This document shows positions 48,797-63,087 of a stretch of 64,000 nucleotides of DNA, in pieces. The stretch comes from Tubiluchus corallicola (Eukaryota; Animalia; Priapulida). Below the pieces are notes generated by a model. That model was given only the letters and a program-made list of their open reading frames with translations, made no database searches and was not told the DNA's origin. Within the stretch, counting starts at the first letter, position 1, and every line of letters starts with the position of its first letter. The stretch covers positions 64,464 through 128,463 of the forward strand of contig JAQGDQ010000612.1 of NCBI GenBank assembly GCA_030141605.1. Direction: 5' to 3'. The position numbers and the translations under genes are program-made.

Positions 48797-50593
48797 TTAG
48801 ACTTTGTAACCTAACGACGCAGCACCCTCTACACTCCAAAACTTCAACTTCAACCACTCTCACCAATTTTGAGCACCTTTATCATCATCGTTATTTTTAA
48901 TGTATTACTACTTACATTAAAAATGCCACCAATTTGTTCTTTGATAAAAAAACATTATATCTGATGCATTTACAAAATTGTTTTGTAGTTTATTGATAAC
49001 AACAAATAAACAAACCATGTAAACACACATACATCTTACTTTACAAACCCGAAATATAGTTCATTGGAAAATCCTAATTATTAATAAAATTCAACGATCA
49101 AAATTATTCAAATTATAACAGGAAACTAACCACACCAGTTATATTTCAAGCTATACAACTATACAGCACCTTAACAGTGATTATTTTAGTATTTTACATA
49201 CAGTAAATACATTACAATAGAGCAAGGCAACTTGAGAAAATGCCAGTTATTATTAGTTAGCAATGAAATATTTTCTACAAAGCTAAAGTTAATAAAAAAA
49301 TATAAAGCCGATAATGGAATCTGCTATACAAGGCCATCATATATGTTCTGCAAGCCGATGTCTAACTTTTGTGTATACCGAGTTTTCTATTCAGAATTTT
49401 CTCTGACAACACCGTCACATTTCTACAGTGAAATTTTGGCAAATGAATAATGCACAAAATATAACTAAAGAATGATTTAAAAACCCTGGCAAATAAAAGA
49501 CAATTTTTATATAGTCACAAATCATTAATCGTTTCTTCCATTATCATTTTGATTCAAAAATCTGTTAACTTGTTCGAAAATTTGTGCTACCATAAATTCT
49601 AAAAAATTGTGCTAGATGTAATGCTCTTGATCCTAGAAGTTGAAACAAGTTTATATATGTGCCCATGATCAGCTGAGCAGTATCACTAGTATTAATATTT
49701 TTATAAAAATTATCATAAGCTGTTATTGATCATCGCTGTACTAAATGCTAAACCACAAATGAATATTTTAAAGATGCTACATACTGTATAAGGTAATATC
49801 AAATTCCTCGAACACATGTAACAAACACACAGCTGAGTATTTACAGCCAGGCACAAACCACGAATGATGATAATAAACTCGCGTGATTGTATCTCATCGT
49901 TCTAAACTCTTACTTAATGAACTGTAATGAAGAGCAAATTGTTTGTTCACAACAATGTTTTTACAAATGTAACAGGAAACAAAATCATGGCATATGTACA
50001 AATGATTACATACTACATGCTATGTACATAGCTGATTGTAGAAATTTCAGAATTTATAACAATATAGCTCAAGAATAATGAGTTTTACAGTTTATTGACA
50101 AGGCTAAAATCAGGTGTTGGAAGAAGGAAATTAAGGCATTAGAAGAAAAAGGGCCAATTTCCATTTAGTACCAAACCTTGATATGTGATGAAAATTCGTT
50201 CACAAGACACACACCGTGTACAAAGTATATAAATGCTCCAGAATTTAATTGCTGTTCATGTTAAAATTGGTCAGTCAAGAATCAGCATTTGAAAAATCAG
50301 TCTGCCATTAATAAGGCTAATTAATCTTCAAGCAAAATCGATTTACAATGTTGATTGTTTTGGCACAAAAGGTCTGGCAAGATCTTGATTATCTGAATGT
50401 GTTTACCCTGTTTCTTAGACCTGATTGTACATTTGTAAAGCATGATATCTTCATTACTAGTCATATTCAAAAAACACCAACCATTATTATGACAGTTGAA
50501 ATAATCTCACTGTGTGAAGCTAAGCAGCATCCTATAGTTTAATATAATACACCTTGATATGTAGAAAAAATTAGACACAAACATCCGCTACGG

Positions 50594-53500
50594 TCATGAA
50601 GATGGGCTGTTTGGCCCACGAGACTCAGACGGGGTGATGGAAAACCTCTTTCCACTCGGTCCCATGACCGTTCCCTCTTCGTTTCCACTGGAGTTGATGG
50701 AATCCAGCGTTTCCGATTCTGACATGAGTTCCGGAGATGGGGAGGAAGCGGGCACAGGCTTCGAAGATATGAAGCTGGATGGCGCTTCTGCCTGGTTTTC
50801 TGGATTACTAGTGCCTTCTATAGCCTTCCGCACCTGCCACACACAAAAAATCAATAACTAAATACTGAGAAACATGCACTTTCAGAGGTTTGCTTCACTA
50901 AATTATACAAGATGTGAGAAATTTCTATATAATGTGGAAAAGTAATCATTTGTCACTAACATGCCTTCTGTACAAAAAAAAACACAACAAAATGTAAGTT
51001 TTACATAATTTAATTCAATTCAATTTTATTTCAGCATTAAAATTGCCATACCAATGCACTACAAAAGATGAAAAACCACACAAACACACAAAATACTAAC
51101 TCTACTAATTACATGCAGCAACAAAAAATATTAAAATCTACCCACACCAAATAAGGATGCCCACAAAACAAAAAAAACATCAGCAAAACACGTACATGAA
51201 TGGAAGGTACCTTCTATTCATATTTTAAAACAAAATAGATACAAATGTTAGACAAGAAAAATGTTTATTTTTTCATTAACTGTACGGAAGCCAGACGTTG
51301 TCACAGCTATGGTCTTAATGTGTTGGTGGAATCAAAATGTTACATAAATTGTTGTAAATTTTTATGTGATGGATAGATATAGAATAAGTTTGAGACAGCG
51401 AAAAGGACATAATTCAAATAAAATAAATATGTCTCAAAAAATAAACAATCACAAACCTCTTTGAGCGAACAGACTCCAACCAGTCGACCAATGGCTGTGA
51501 CGTAAGCCAACTGTAACCCCAGCAGTGAAAATAACGAATGAACCTGAAATCAACAATAATACTACTCACTGCACAACTACTGAAAAGCTTAATAGAAACC
51601 TGCGAAAGTTTATCACAGAGACTAATTACAATAATAATTTATTTTAGTGCCACTTACAGAAGCTGGTAAAATTGATGAAAGTGATGAAAAAATTAAAATC
51701 GTATAGATAAAAATGATAAATATGATCACAAACATACCTAAAAGCAATCTTTAATAAGCCTTTTCGCAGCTTTGTTATGCGCACGCGCAGTTGCTGTAGG
51801 TCAAAGCTTAAGTGTATCACAGCAACAAGTCTTAACTACAACAGTCACTTGACGTGTGGGTAAAGCAAAGCCGTCTGTTGAACCAGTTCAGTAATGTCAG
51901 CTGTTTTACACAGACTTTACTTATGCATTAGTCCGTGCATAGAGTGATTTACTAGCAGAATCTTGCTTGCGAACAAGAAAAAATGAATTAGGTAAGGTGC
52001 TAGATGGCTGCTAAATCATGTTAAAACTATTACTATTAGAAAATGAAGGTGCTGAGAGGCATTGTCAAGTGTACACAAATGCTGCCTGGTACACTTAACC
52101 TTTGACCTTTTTACGATCACCATCAATCACTGGAACAGTGAAAAGGCTTATTACAAGGATGACAGTTATGGCACAAAAACAATGGAGACTAAGACAAAAA
52201 TGAACAGTTTTTCTCATTGATTGAGTTACTGAATGCTCAAGAGTTACAACTATACACTCATATCTCAGTTTGTCGGACCTTGCTTTTACTGATATCGGAA
52301 ATTTCGGACAAAATCTGGTCCATTAAAAAGTCCTGCATACTACAGACACAGTCCGATATTTCGTAAGTCGACCGCTAGTTGGCGGGCCTTCACTGTACAT
52401 CCTGGAATACCCTGTATAACCTGTATATCCTTACATCCAAGCAGCATGTAACGACATGTATGTAGCTTGTATGCCAGCATATTTAGTGGTTTAATCAGCG
52501 TGTGTAAGTGGTTTAGAATCAATTATGCAGAATTATTTGAGTCAATTGTCCACAGTTTTTATATAGTTTTGCATAGGAGTGGCCCGTACTAGACATTTTG
52601 ACAATTAGGCAATTGATTCTACACTACCGTGAGCCCACTATATTAGCTTACAATCGGTAAATACGGACAATCACCAAATTCGGACCGACGTCTCCCCAGT
52701 CATGTCCGACAAACCGAGATATGAGTGTATAATGTATTTTTACATAGTTTGCAATTTTGTTTCTTAGCTCTAGTGTATTTTCTGACTGATAATGAAGCCG
52801 GGCATCTTTAAAAATATTCATATATAAGGTATGAGTTTTTTGTTGCTGGTCATTGTGAAATTACATTTCCCAACTAAGAAGTTTGCACGAGAATCGACAA
52901 AAGCGCAAACAAATTAAAGCCATCTGAACTAAAAATGCAAGCAAGCAAAAAGGAAAGCACTGACCTTGTACAAGGAGGTCCGCTCCACGAGTTGGAAGGG
53001 GGCGGGGTCGATGTGGCACAAGGAAAAATCAAGCACCATCCGCAGTTGTTCCTCCTCCCACTGCTTTTGCTGAAAGACATGAGAAATTAATCACCTTAAT
53101 GATATGACACTTAATGATATCAGCATCAATGTCTCGAAGAGTCGTACAGCTAAGATCCTTCTGCTAGTACAGTGGTTCCCAAACTTTCTCGGAACGTTAC
53201 CCAAATCGGGAAACCCGGTCGTGTCCATTACCCCCCACCTAGTACTACTTCTCCAACTTAAAAAGTAAACACACGTATATGCCACAAGCAAGCAAAATTA
53301 TTTATGTTTGCTCGTGACATAAATAAATTTTCAGGTATTGTTGTTGTATTGTTGCCAAAACAACAGATAGTAATAGGGGCCTAGCTTTCTTTAAACTCTA
53401 AAGGCTGTGCAGAAATGTCGATAGAGAAGAAACCAAAGAAACAATCGTGAACTTTGACTTCTCCCCAGGATCGCATCAGAGATCGTGGGAACGTGCGAAT

Positions 53501-56500
53501 GATGGACCCCATGACACAGTGTTGCCTGCTGGAGGCAGTCTCTTCAAGAAGAAAACTATGTAAAATGCATTCCGAGCGAAGTTTTAAAAATTTTCAGAGG
53601 GGTGCCCGTTACCCCCCAAAAAAACCCATATTACCCCCGGGGGGTAATTTACCCCTACTTTGGGAACCACTGTGCTAGTACAACCCTATCACCCGTAGCA
53701 CACAGTATTAACATTCTATTCAGTTTACTATGCATGAGTTGAAGCCACTGTTTCATGTATTCTAAGTCTAGGGATTCATCGAGAAACAGAAACGTAACAA
53801 ACAAAAGTTTTTAGTATTCTGATCGTCATTTATGATATATATATGAATTCTATGGCTTGACATGTCAGCACTATTTATATGTGTGCTTGCATAGTCAATA
53901 AGTCGGCTATTAAGCTTTTCTAGCTATTCACATACCCTGAATCTCCATTTCATGAAAATAATTTTGATACCAAGTTCATCTCTCTATGTTATTTCTATGC
54001 TGAAATTATCCACGTTGAATTTGAAGTGCACGCTATGCAGTGAAAAACATAATCTTGAGAAAATCGCTTTTAAAATTAGCCATTGTTTTTTTGTCGCGTC
54101 TCTACAAAACACTTAGCAACTGTATGAAAGTGTGGTTGCTATGGACTTTACAAGAGCACATTGAAGTTATGTTTAAATCCAGTTTATGGTTCTTCCTGAT
54201 GAAGATTTGCGCTTGTGAACAGAAAAAACCTGAAGCAAAATGACTGCTTCAACGAGCTACTATCGGAGTTTGAAAATACAAGTTTTTTGCAATCGCGGTA
54301 CTAGTTTCTAGGCAGAGAAATGGGTTCAGATTATAAAATTATATTTTTAGTATTTGAACATTTTCTTGAAAATTTGATGCTAGAATATAAAAGTCCAATA
54401 TATTTAGCATTTGTTTTCATGAAAAATAAAAAACTAACATTTGACCAAAAATTTTGGTGTATTCTACTTTGAAGCATCGTAACGTAGTTTTAACTATGCC
54501 AACTTATGGACGGTTTTGGTTTGCAAGCATACATATAGTGAATTACAACTATTTAAATCTGGTATTCAATCTTATTAAGAAAAATTAATAATAAGCATCC
54601 AATAAGCATAAAATGATCAGAAAAAGACAGGATGACAACACAACTAGTGAGCAGCTTATGAATATATGGAGCACAGTGTGGTACAGTCAAACCTCATTAT
54701 AATGGCATGGTCTGGGACACCACCAAACATGGCTCTATAGTTGGGTTGGCGGTAAGACGAGGTTCATCAAATATCAAAGCCATTCTACTGTGCAACCTTG
54801 ATCTTGTTTCCTAGTTAACTTTAATATGTGACAAATAGTATAATATTATTATACCTACAACAATACATGTCTTATACTGTACATTTTTGCTGCATTAACA
54901 ATACACATGTAGTTCTATGGTGGTATCTTGCAAAACTTTTACATAAGTCAACATGGAGAAGCAATCTTGTGAAATACTGGTTAATTAGCCTGCTCACACA
55001 CCCAACGTAACATTACTGGATGATTAAGACCATAAATAGCCGCCACATATAACTTGACCTTGAGTTAATAGCCGTTAAATTCACATCAGTTCAGTACTGA
55101 ACCATACGCTATGAACCTCATGTAGTCTAAAATGCTCTTTGTTCAAAACCCAGCATTCACTTTCATACAGTCACTTGCAACAAGACCTAAATTCACATCA
55201 GTTCAGTACTGAACCATACGCTATGAACCTCATGTAGTCTAAAATGCTCTTTGTTCAAAACCCAGCATTCACTTTCATACAGTCACTTGCAACAAGACCT
55301 AAATTCACATCAGTTCAGTACTGAACCATATGCTATGAACCTCATGTAGTCTAAAATGCTCTTTGTTCAAAACCCAGCATTCACTTTCATACAGTCACTT
55401 GCAACAAGACCTAAATTCACATCAGTTCAGTACTGAACCATACGCTATGAACCTCATGTAGTCTAAAATGCTCTTTGTTCAAAACCCAGCATTCACTTTC
55501 ATACAGTCACTTGCAACAAGACCTAAATTCACATTAGTTCAGTACTGAACCATACGCTATGAACCTCATGTAGTCTAAAATGCTCTTTGTTCAAAACCTC
55601 ATCATTCATTTTCATACAGTCACTTGCAACAAGATCTAAATCTTAACTGAAACACCATAAAAAGTTTTTCTGCTCAGTGGTCACTGTTTTTCACAAGTGA
55701 CCGCATGTTTTTCCAACACAATGGCTGTTTTTCAGCAACAATTCATTGTACTTTATCTTGGCTGGCTTTCTAACGGGGTAAATTTATTATGTACAACAGA
55801 CTTTTGGCGCAGCAGATACGTTGGCAGATTGCAGTAGGCAAGGTTGGCGGTACTTGCTATCGGCTTTATTGCAAGACTGGCGTTATAACGGGGGGTATAA
55901 CGATATTCGACTGTACTTAAAAGAAAGCAGGCCAAATTTTCACACCATACCGTATGGTCCTCTGACTTAAGAAAAAAAATAATCAATAAAATACTATTGA
56001 ATTAAACTGTATCAGTAAAAACTATCAACCTACCTCCTCTTCCGGTAAATCAATAACTCTTAGGACGTCTTCGGGCTGTAAAAAACATTTAGTTAAATTA
56101 ACATATAGTTAACTTTTATATTTACACTCACGAAGACAAAATTTAACAGCACAAGTTAGAAAAATAGCTCTATAAACTGTGATTCATGTCAGAAATTGCT
56201 GCCTAGTAAGTAAAGTATTCTATGCCAAGCAAGGTGCTTGGCCTAGTAGTTGTGATGTCTTGTTCGGCTGCCATTGTTCAGACTGCTACCGAGGCTGGTC
56301 AGTGACTGGATGAGTGACCCACTACGATTCTCATTCGTCACGTTGATTTCGGCTGTTTGCTTCATAGAGAACATGGAAGGAAGACTCCAGTTTAAAGTCA
56401 GATAATCTTGAAAGAATGTTTTGTGTGCTTCAAAGTTGTTTCCAAGAAAAAGCAATGCTACCGATAATTTTTTATGCGAAGCAAAACCAGTGGTTATTCA

Positions 56501-59500
56501 GGTGAAGATTGTATAATTGAAAAATGAAAATGTTAATTTAGGTTAAAAAACAATTGAAATGTTAATTTAGGTTAAAAAAACAATTTATGACTAGTTCACA
56601 GCTCATGTGAGGTACCACGAAGGTATCTCTTAATGCGAAGCATGTGAGCTTGTAGTTGTTAAGGAAGCAATTTTGGTAGAGGATTCCAAAGATAAGAAGC
56701 CCGATAAAAACTAGATTCATAATTAATTTATTACTTCAATATTACCCACCAATGTCACACGTCTGTCAGATGATGAGGACTGGAATGTGTCGTGTTCCGT
56801 TCTGTACGTGTCGTAAACAGAGTCAAGGTCGTCGGATGCCGCCATGTCTTTCATCTCTTCCGCTTTCGATTTCTTGAGAATTGACCTCGGTTCTCTGAAC
56901 ATCTGCCCGAGAAACAAGCACACAAATCAAACTAGAAGACGTAAACTTGCCGAATCAGATGATACGTTTTTCAACAGATTATAACTGAAGTTTGTGTAAA
57001 AGTGGCCGGCCTGGAATTTAATTCGTAACCTTCCTCGTTCCATAAGTTTTCGTACAGTGACTGAGCATGAATAACAGGGAAAGCTTAAATGTGTAAAAAA
57101 ATATATTGATGAAGCAAATGATTTTGTTTAAAGCATTAAAAGGCAAGTTTGTTTTTCAAACAGGTAAAAACGCCGCAAACAAAATGAGGATCAGTCAGTT
57201 TCTAATGATCGATTTCACAAACGATGCGTTTGCTAAAAAATTGCTGACCATAATATTGCTTGGAAAAGATGGCATACCAGTCATTTGCTTTTCAGTTTTT
57301 GTTGAAATTCCAACAGCTGTTTGTTTAAAAGGTAAACAAACACTTATGAAAAAACAAACAATTAAAACACAAGAAAAATGTATGAATACTTGGTGATTTT
57401 TTTCATTGTTTTTGGAAAGGAAGTGCATAGTTAACAGCATAAAAACAGCAAAACAGACAATACATTCAGGAATGTAGAGAAATATTTCTTTAAACTAGAG
57501 CAAGGTGTAGCCAACAGCTTTGTTTCAACATAACGTATGTATTTATAAATTGCTCTTTCGATATTTTTCCAAAGGCGCTACACAATTAAAAATAACACAA
57601 ACCGGTAATAAAATTACATTGAGCCTATTATGCAATAACTAGCACACAAATATGACAATGGAAAAGAAAATATGACTATAACATGCTTTTATGAACAATA
57701 AACAGAAACGCTGAAGCGTTAAAAGTGCATAAAATAAAACAGACCTCTTGCTGTATCGGGAACGGGTCGCTCGGGTCGTGAATGCTTTGTGCTCTCGTAA
57801 CCTACCATGTAAACAATTCAGCACAGTGAACAATCATGCAACAATGACATGCACATTCTGATGTAACAATGCCGCAAAACAATGACAGCAAATGAATGAG
57901 TTTTTATAGCTAAACCTACAGCATGCAAATGGATCAGTTCTTAAAGCAGTGTACTAAATTAATGTAAGGTACGACAACTAGGTACTGAAATCTGCTACGT
58001 TGCTGTAACTACGTTATTGCATTTCGCACTGAAGCATATGTCCAGCGCTCAAAGATGGCAGGTTTAATAATAAGTTTTTATATAAAAAATAAAACACATA
58101 TCTTACAAAAAAATATGGAGTAATACTAAAGGCAGGCTGTTATCAACGTTCAACGTAAATGATTTTTTCATACTAAAACTACACTAAAGCTAAACATATA
58201 TTTGTGTATAACATTTGACGTAAACTAAATAATGCAGCAGAATGGGTAAATCCCGAGATATCTTGTGCAAAGTTTAACAATATGTGCCTTCAGTTTGACA
58301 ACATTCATCTTTCTCTGGTTTGTAAAGTACACAAGAGCTGAATAAGTGCAAAAAATAAATAAATAAATATCTGCTAACAGAGAAAAGAAATGCCAATAAA
58401 AGTGTGCAACTAGGCGCAGTATAACTACAGATAGTCGTCGACTTACGACCACAATACATTCCGGAGGATTGGTCATGAAAGAACTGGACACAACTCGGAC
58501 CTAAACGGTCATGAATGAACTGGACACAACTCGGACCTAAACGGTCATGAAACAATTGGACACAAGTCTGACCTAAATGGTCATGAAAGAACTGGACACA
58601 AGTCGCACCTAAACGGTCGGTCATGAAACAATTGGACACAAGTCGGACCTAAACGGTCATGAAGCAATTGGACACAAGTCGGACGTAAAAGTGATGAAAC
58701 AATTGGACACAAGTCGGACCTAAACGTTCATGAAACAATTGGACAGAAGTTGGACCTAAATGTTCATGAAATAATTGGACACAAGGACCTAAATGTTCAA
58801 CGTATATTAGAGCGTGTGCCCTTATAAGCAAGACGTGCACTAAGTATGACTGAGCCTATGACGAATTTGTCTACGATGAAAAAGATTTAAAGTTAATTTG
58901 TTTAAGAAATAGAAGGAAGTACGAGGCATACTTGGTTTTGAATAATTAACCAATTAATTTTCGGTCGGGTCGTAAAGTCGAACAGACGCATAGGTCGTAA
59001 GAGTAGACGACTACATGTATTATATAATATGGTTGGAAATCTTTGAGCCGCCTTTTACCGAACATTAATCTGACACTTTAAACAACAGATAACCTAATAA
59101 AGCAAATTGTGGTTTAGATTTTAAATGGCTACTTAGCAGATATTAATTTGCTTATATGGATGAAATAAAAGAAGACAATGAAAACTAGACTAACACAGTA
59201 TTTGAACCCGAGACTCTTGACACACTAGAACTGTACTTTAAGCCTGTTCAGAAATATCTTTTTTTACATGGAACCACTCGGTTCACCTGTCTCAAAGCTG
59301 CAATTAACCATTTGACAACGATACACGTTTGGTTTACTTTTGACCCATCAGTAAATTAAACATCAATAATTACATTAACTACAATATCACTTTACCTTAA
59401 ACCGAGAGACTTCCTTTGTTTTTGGGGAAGACGGTGGCAAATCAATTATCTCCACATCGGGTCTCTTCTCGATCGGCTGCAGGCGTCGTTCCTTCCCCAA

Positions 59501-62500
59501 GTGTCGGGCGTAGATGTACTCCAACTCGCTGCGCTGGATAGAACCGAGCAGAATCATTGAGTCTAAAATAATGAGAAGAAAGTTGAAATAAAAAGTATGA
59601 AAGAAAAGAACACCATGCTAGCAATATCATACAGGTGAAAACTGTAACATAGTTCTGGAGTTTTTTGCTAAATGCCGCTAATAAAAAATTATAGTTTGCT
59701 TATTGTATTTACTTTATTGATTACATTCAAACGTGTGATTAAAATAGAATAATAGAATAATACGCTGCTCCTATAAAACAAAAAATAAAGCACAAAATTA
59801 AAAATAGACTAAAATCGATTACGTCCGATTAAAAAATTCTCTTTAAAATGTAACCAACTTAAATTTGAAGGCAATTAATAAAAACTGTGCTGAAGTCAAG
59901 AAGCAAAAATTGAAAAATAAGACAATCTTGCGACAACATGGCATATTTACTTATCCTTTACTACGGCACAAGTATTGATTTGTACCTTCATCGTCGACTA
60001 ATGGAAAGGAACGCAAAACCGTCGTGTAGAGTAAATCCTTCACTTGCTTATACGTCGTTTTCAGCGTCACGTATTTGACTTTTTTTACCATTATGTCTTC
60101 TACATTTACATCATAGGCGCGACTGAAAAATAAAAAAATGATTACAAAATTAAATGTTTCTCGAATAAGTGTGTAGTAACAACAGCCAAACACAACAACA
60201 GATTAAGAAAATAGTGACAATGACTAAAAAAAATCTCACAATTAAAAAACAAGCAAAAAGAAGGAAAAGGCACAAATTCTCGAACTGCCATTGTAGTTCT
60301 TCAGGTGAACATAAAAAAGCAAAAAAGAGAAAAGAAATTACTAGAACTACTGAACTAATTTTTGAGAGATTTTTGTTTATGTTAATAACACATAAAAAGG
60401 ATATTGCACTGAACAGAACACAATTACACAGACAAGGGCGTATCAAGACTTTACAATGCCCTGGGCTGATAGTTCTGTCCCGCCCAAATCTGTTGTGAAT
60501 TTATGGTTGCTTATGTAATGAACAGATTAAACAATTACTTGTGGTGTATTAGATACACTATTAACCTAGTTTCTACATGGTCATTATTAATTACATGTAT
60601 TTGTATAGTGCTTATATTCAAGAACACTGCTTGTTGTATAATATCTTGCACCTGCTTGTTATGTCGCACTTATATAAAAGTTCCTCTCAGTAACTGCCTG
60701 TAGTGTGTTATAAAATCTCCCCTTTACATGAATATGAAAGCATAAGCATTTTCCGAGGAGAATAAGAGTTTTTCCTAAAATGTGACGCCCTCAAATTTTG
60801 GTACCCTAGGCCTTGTTAGCCTATTGGTTAATACGCCCCTGTACATTGAATCACATAGTTAAAACACAGAAGCACAGCAGATAAAAACACAAGGCAGAAA
60901 CACGGAAATATAAAATCCCTGTCCACAGTCGTAGAACAGAGTGGGACACAACAGAATTAAAATGCCCCTGCCAGACTTTTTTAAACCTAAAGACAAACAT
61001 TACTTTTTCCTGCTGTTATTTACAGAAAAAAAATTAAGGGGGTAGTTTGGCACTCTTACTTAATGTAGATTAGTTACGGACTATGGACTATATCACTTGT
61101 GGAAGGACTGGAACTATCTGATTACCAATAATGAACTGGAAAAGCTCTCTCAGTAATGTTCAGATGTGAATACGTGTACTTATGCTACTCCAAGAAGTAA
61201 ATTACCAGGAACAGCATGGTAGATAAAACTAACAGGAACAGGGACATCCATCCATCCACTGATCAGTCAGGACACTGTTTAACTTCTGTTGCTGAGCACA
61301 CACAGTAATCATTTGGCTGTTCACTTCAACCAGACTAAGTGTTATTTATGAAAAGCTTACCTTTTCTTTGTAGAGATAATATCAGGTAAAAATGGTAGCC
61401 GCTTCACACGAATTATGCTGTCATAAAAAGAAGGTTGCAGAAGGTTTGCCACGGCGTTCGATATCAAAACTGCTACCTGTGAACAGTAAAAAACACATCA
61501 CAACATCAACATCGTAGTGAAAAAAATGAACGAAATAATTCCATAATGGTTTGAAAAATACAAATTAACTACATTGCAATTCGTAAAATCTAGAAACGAT
61601 TGAGACATCAATTAAAAGTTACAAAATGGAGTGAATTACTAATTTTTAATATTGTTGTGTTACTGCAAACATTCCCCTTTTATCTGTTTTGCAATTAAAA
61701 GACTTGCTCTTTTCTTTACCGCTAAAAATAGTCGGTTTGTTTTGCAAAGTTATTTTAGAATTTTGCCACATTTTGCTAAGCTTGCTCTACAAAATATTCT
61801 CTATGAGCAATGGCCACAATCAATGCAGTTTCATGATGATTCTGAGTGATTTTTTTGTAAATGGATCAATTTTTATTCAACGTTTGACTTTTTTTCTGTT
61901 CAGATACTTAAGTAGCTGTTAAATAAAGTCAGTTTGACTGAAAATACCTGCCACCACTATCAACATCGGACAATAAATTACGCTAACTGTACTGATTTAA
62001 ACTTGTGTTGCCCCCTCTTTTCTGTTATAAACTGGTTTCTTTTTAAACAGGTCATGTGACCAGTCTTTTACCTGTACACTTACCTGTAGATTGGAGTAAC
62101 TAAGGCGTTCACACACTGCAGTGACAGATTGTTTAGCGTCATTCATTGATTTGTTGTTATAATTTCATAATTACACTTATAGAAGATCACCATGTAAGTT
62201 GATTTCTAAATTTCTTAAATCTTGAACCTTTGTTTATTAAAAAGACTAGAGAATAGATTTTATAATTTGCGTAAAAGTTTGTTAAAGTTAATTAGATCAA
62301 TTTGGTTTAGATTTCGCCGAAAAATTGAGCAAAATTATATAAAATTATCTTATTTGTTTTCAGATTAAACGATACAAGCTACACAATTATGTTGTTGGAG
62401 TTTTTTTATAAGAAGGTAGCACACTAACGTCGCCACTTACCATCACAGGAAGAATGTGAGAAATCTGACCCGTCAGCTCAAATACTATCACAGATGTTGA

Positions 62501-62538
62501 AATTGTGTGAGTAACGCTACCAGACATGGCCGCCGCAC
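50594..62538 (-). CDS. CLCN2: Voltage-gated chloride channel ClC-2/ClC-a type, 5'-partial (last TM helices, CBS1, linker, CBS2)
   Basis: Phase-consistent exons 62441-62538 ([33 protein letters not shown]), 61361-61476 ([32 protein letters not shown]), 59986-60122 (VEDIM..RSFPLVD), 59396-59562 ([10 protein letters not shown]), 57745-57801, 56750-56902, 56034-56075, 52965-53069 ([17 protein letters not shown]), 51457-51543 ([17 protein letters not shown]), 50594-50833 (VRKAIEG..*). Linker exons are less certain. Confidence 0.95.
52255..52727. mobile_element. Tc1/mariner (pogo-like) MITE
   Basis: TA TSD; 24-bp TIR CACTCATATCTC(A/G)GTTTGTCGGAC. Confidence 0.88.
53170..53672. mobile_element. hAT-Charlie-like MITE (young)
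   Basis: TIR CAGTGGTTCCCAAA; perfect TSD TGCTAGTA (53162-53169, 53673-53680). Confidence 0.92.
54684..55913. mobile_element. Tigger-like MITE containing a 112-bp x5 tandem array
   Basis: TA-CAGTCAAACCTCATTATAA ... CGTTATAACG..GATATTCGACTG-TA imperfect TIRs; array at 55076-55641. Confidence 0.6.
55076..55641. repeat. 112-bp x5 tandem array
   Basis: TAAATTCACATCAGTTCAGTACTGAACC.. at 55076, 55188, 55300, 55412, 55524. Confidence 0.95.
58428..59017. mobile_element. Tigger-like MITE containing ~36-bp tandem repeats
   Basis: TA TSD; TIR CAGATAGTCGTCGACTTACGACC / CATGTAGTCGTCTACTCTTACGACC(rc); internal array at ~58473-58800 (GGTCATGAAACAATTGGACACAAGTCGGACCTAAAC). Confidence 0.72.
60433..60841 (-). 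mobile_element. hAT MITE, family copy 2
   Basis: Reverse-complement match to 27164-27585 across its length; degenerate TSD TACACAGA/TACATTGA. Confidence 0.8.
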
Positions 62539-63087
62539 CTAATTAAAACAGACACAGTGGAACACATTGACCAATGGTCAAGAAAGTCTTTATAAGTCAA
62601 AATGCCAAAAGTTCTACAGAGCTTAATGCTGAATTGAAATTTCTAATACAAGACAAAATTTGTTAGACTGAAAACTGTTCACACATCACACGGATCTATA
62701 TATATATGTGTGCTTTACTGCCTGCTTATAAATCCAGTTTTTTCTCTCCGGCCTCTTACCTACGAGAAAATTGTTTCTCAGTTAACTACAATCTCATCTG
62801 CTTCAAGAAGATGTCAACATTCTAGCACTGACAAACATGTTATAAAATATTTACTTTTCTAGACATGCAGCCGTATTTCCACATATGCATCTGGAATTAC
62901 ATGGCTTCTGTGTGGAAAGTGCGACAACCACTTGTTAGGCTAAAAGCAATAGAGAAGTTTGGTGCATGCTTGCACGCACACATCCCACACATTCTAGACA
63001 TTTCATCACCCAAATCTTCTGTTACTGACTGCCCATCGCACATTCAGGACATTCAATAGCCGCATATACCATACACTTCATACTCAA

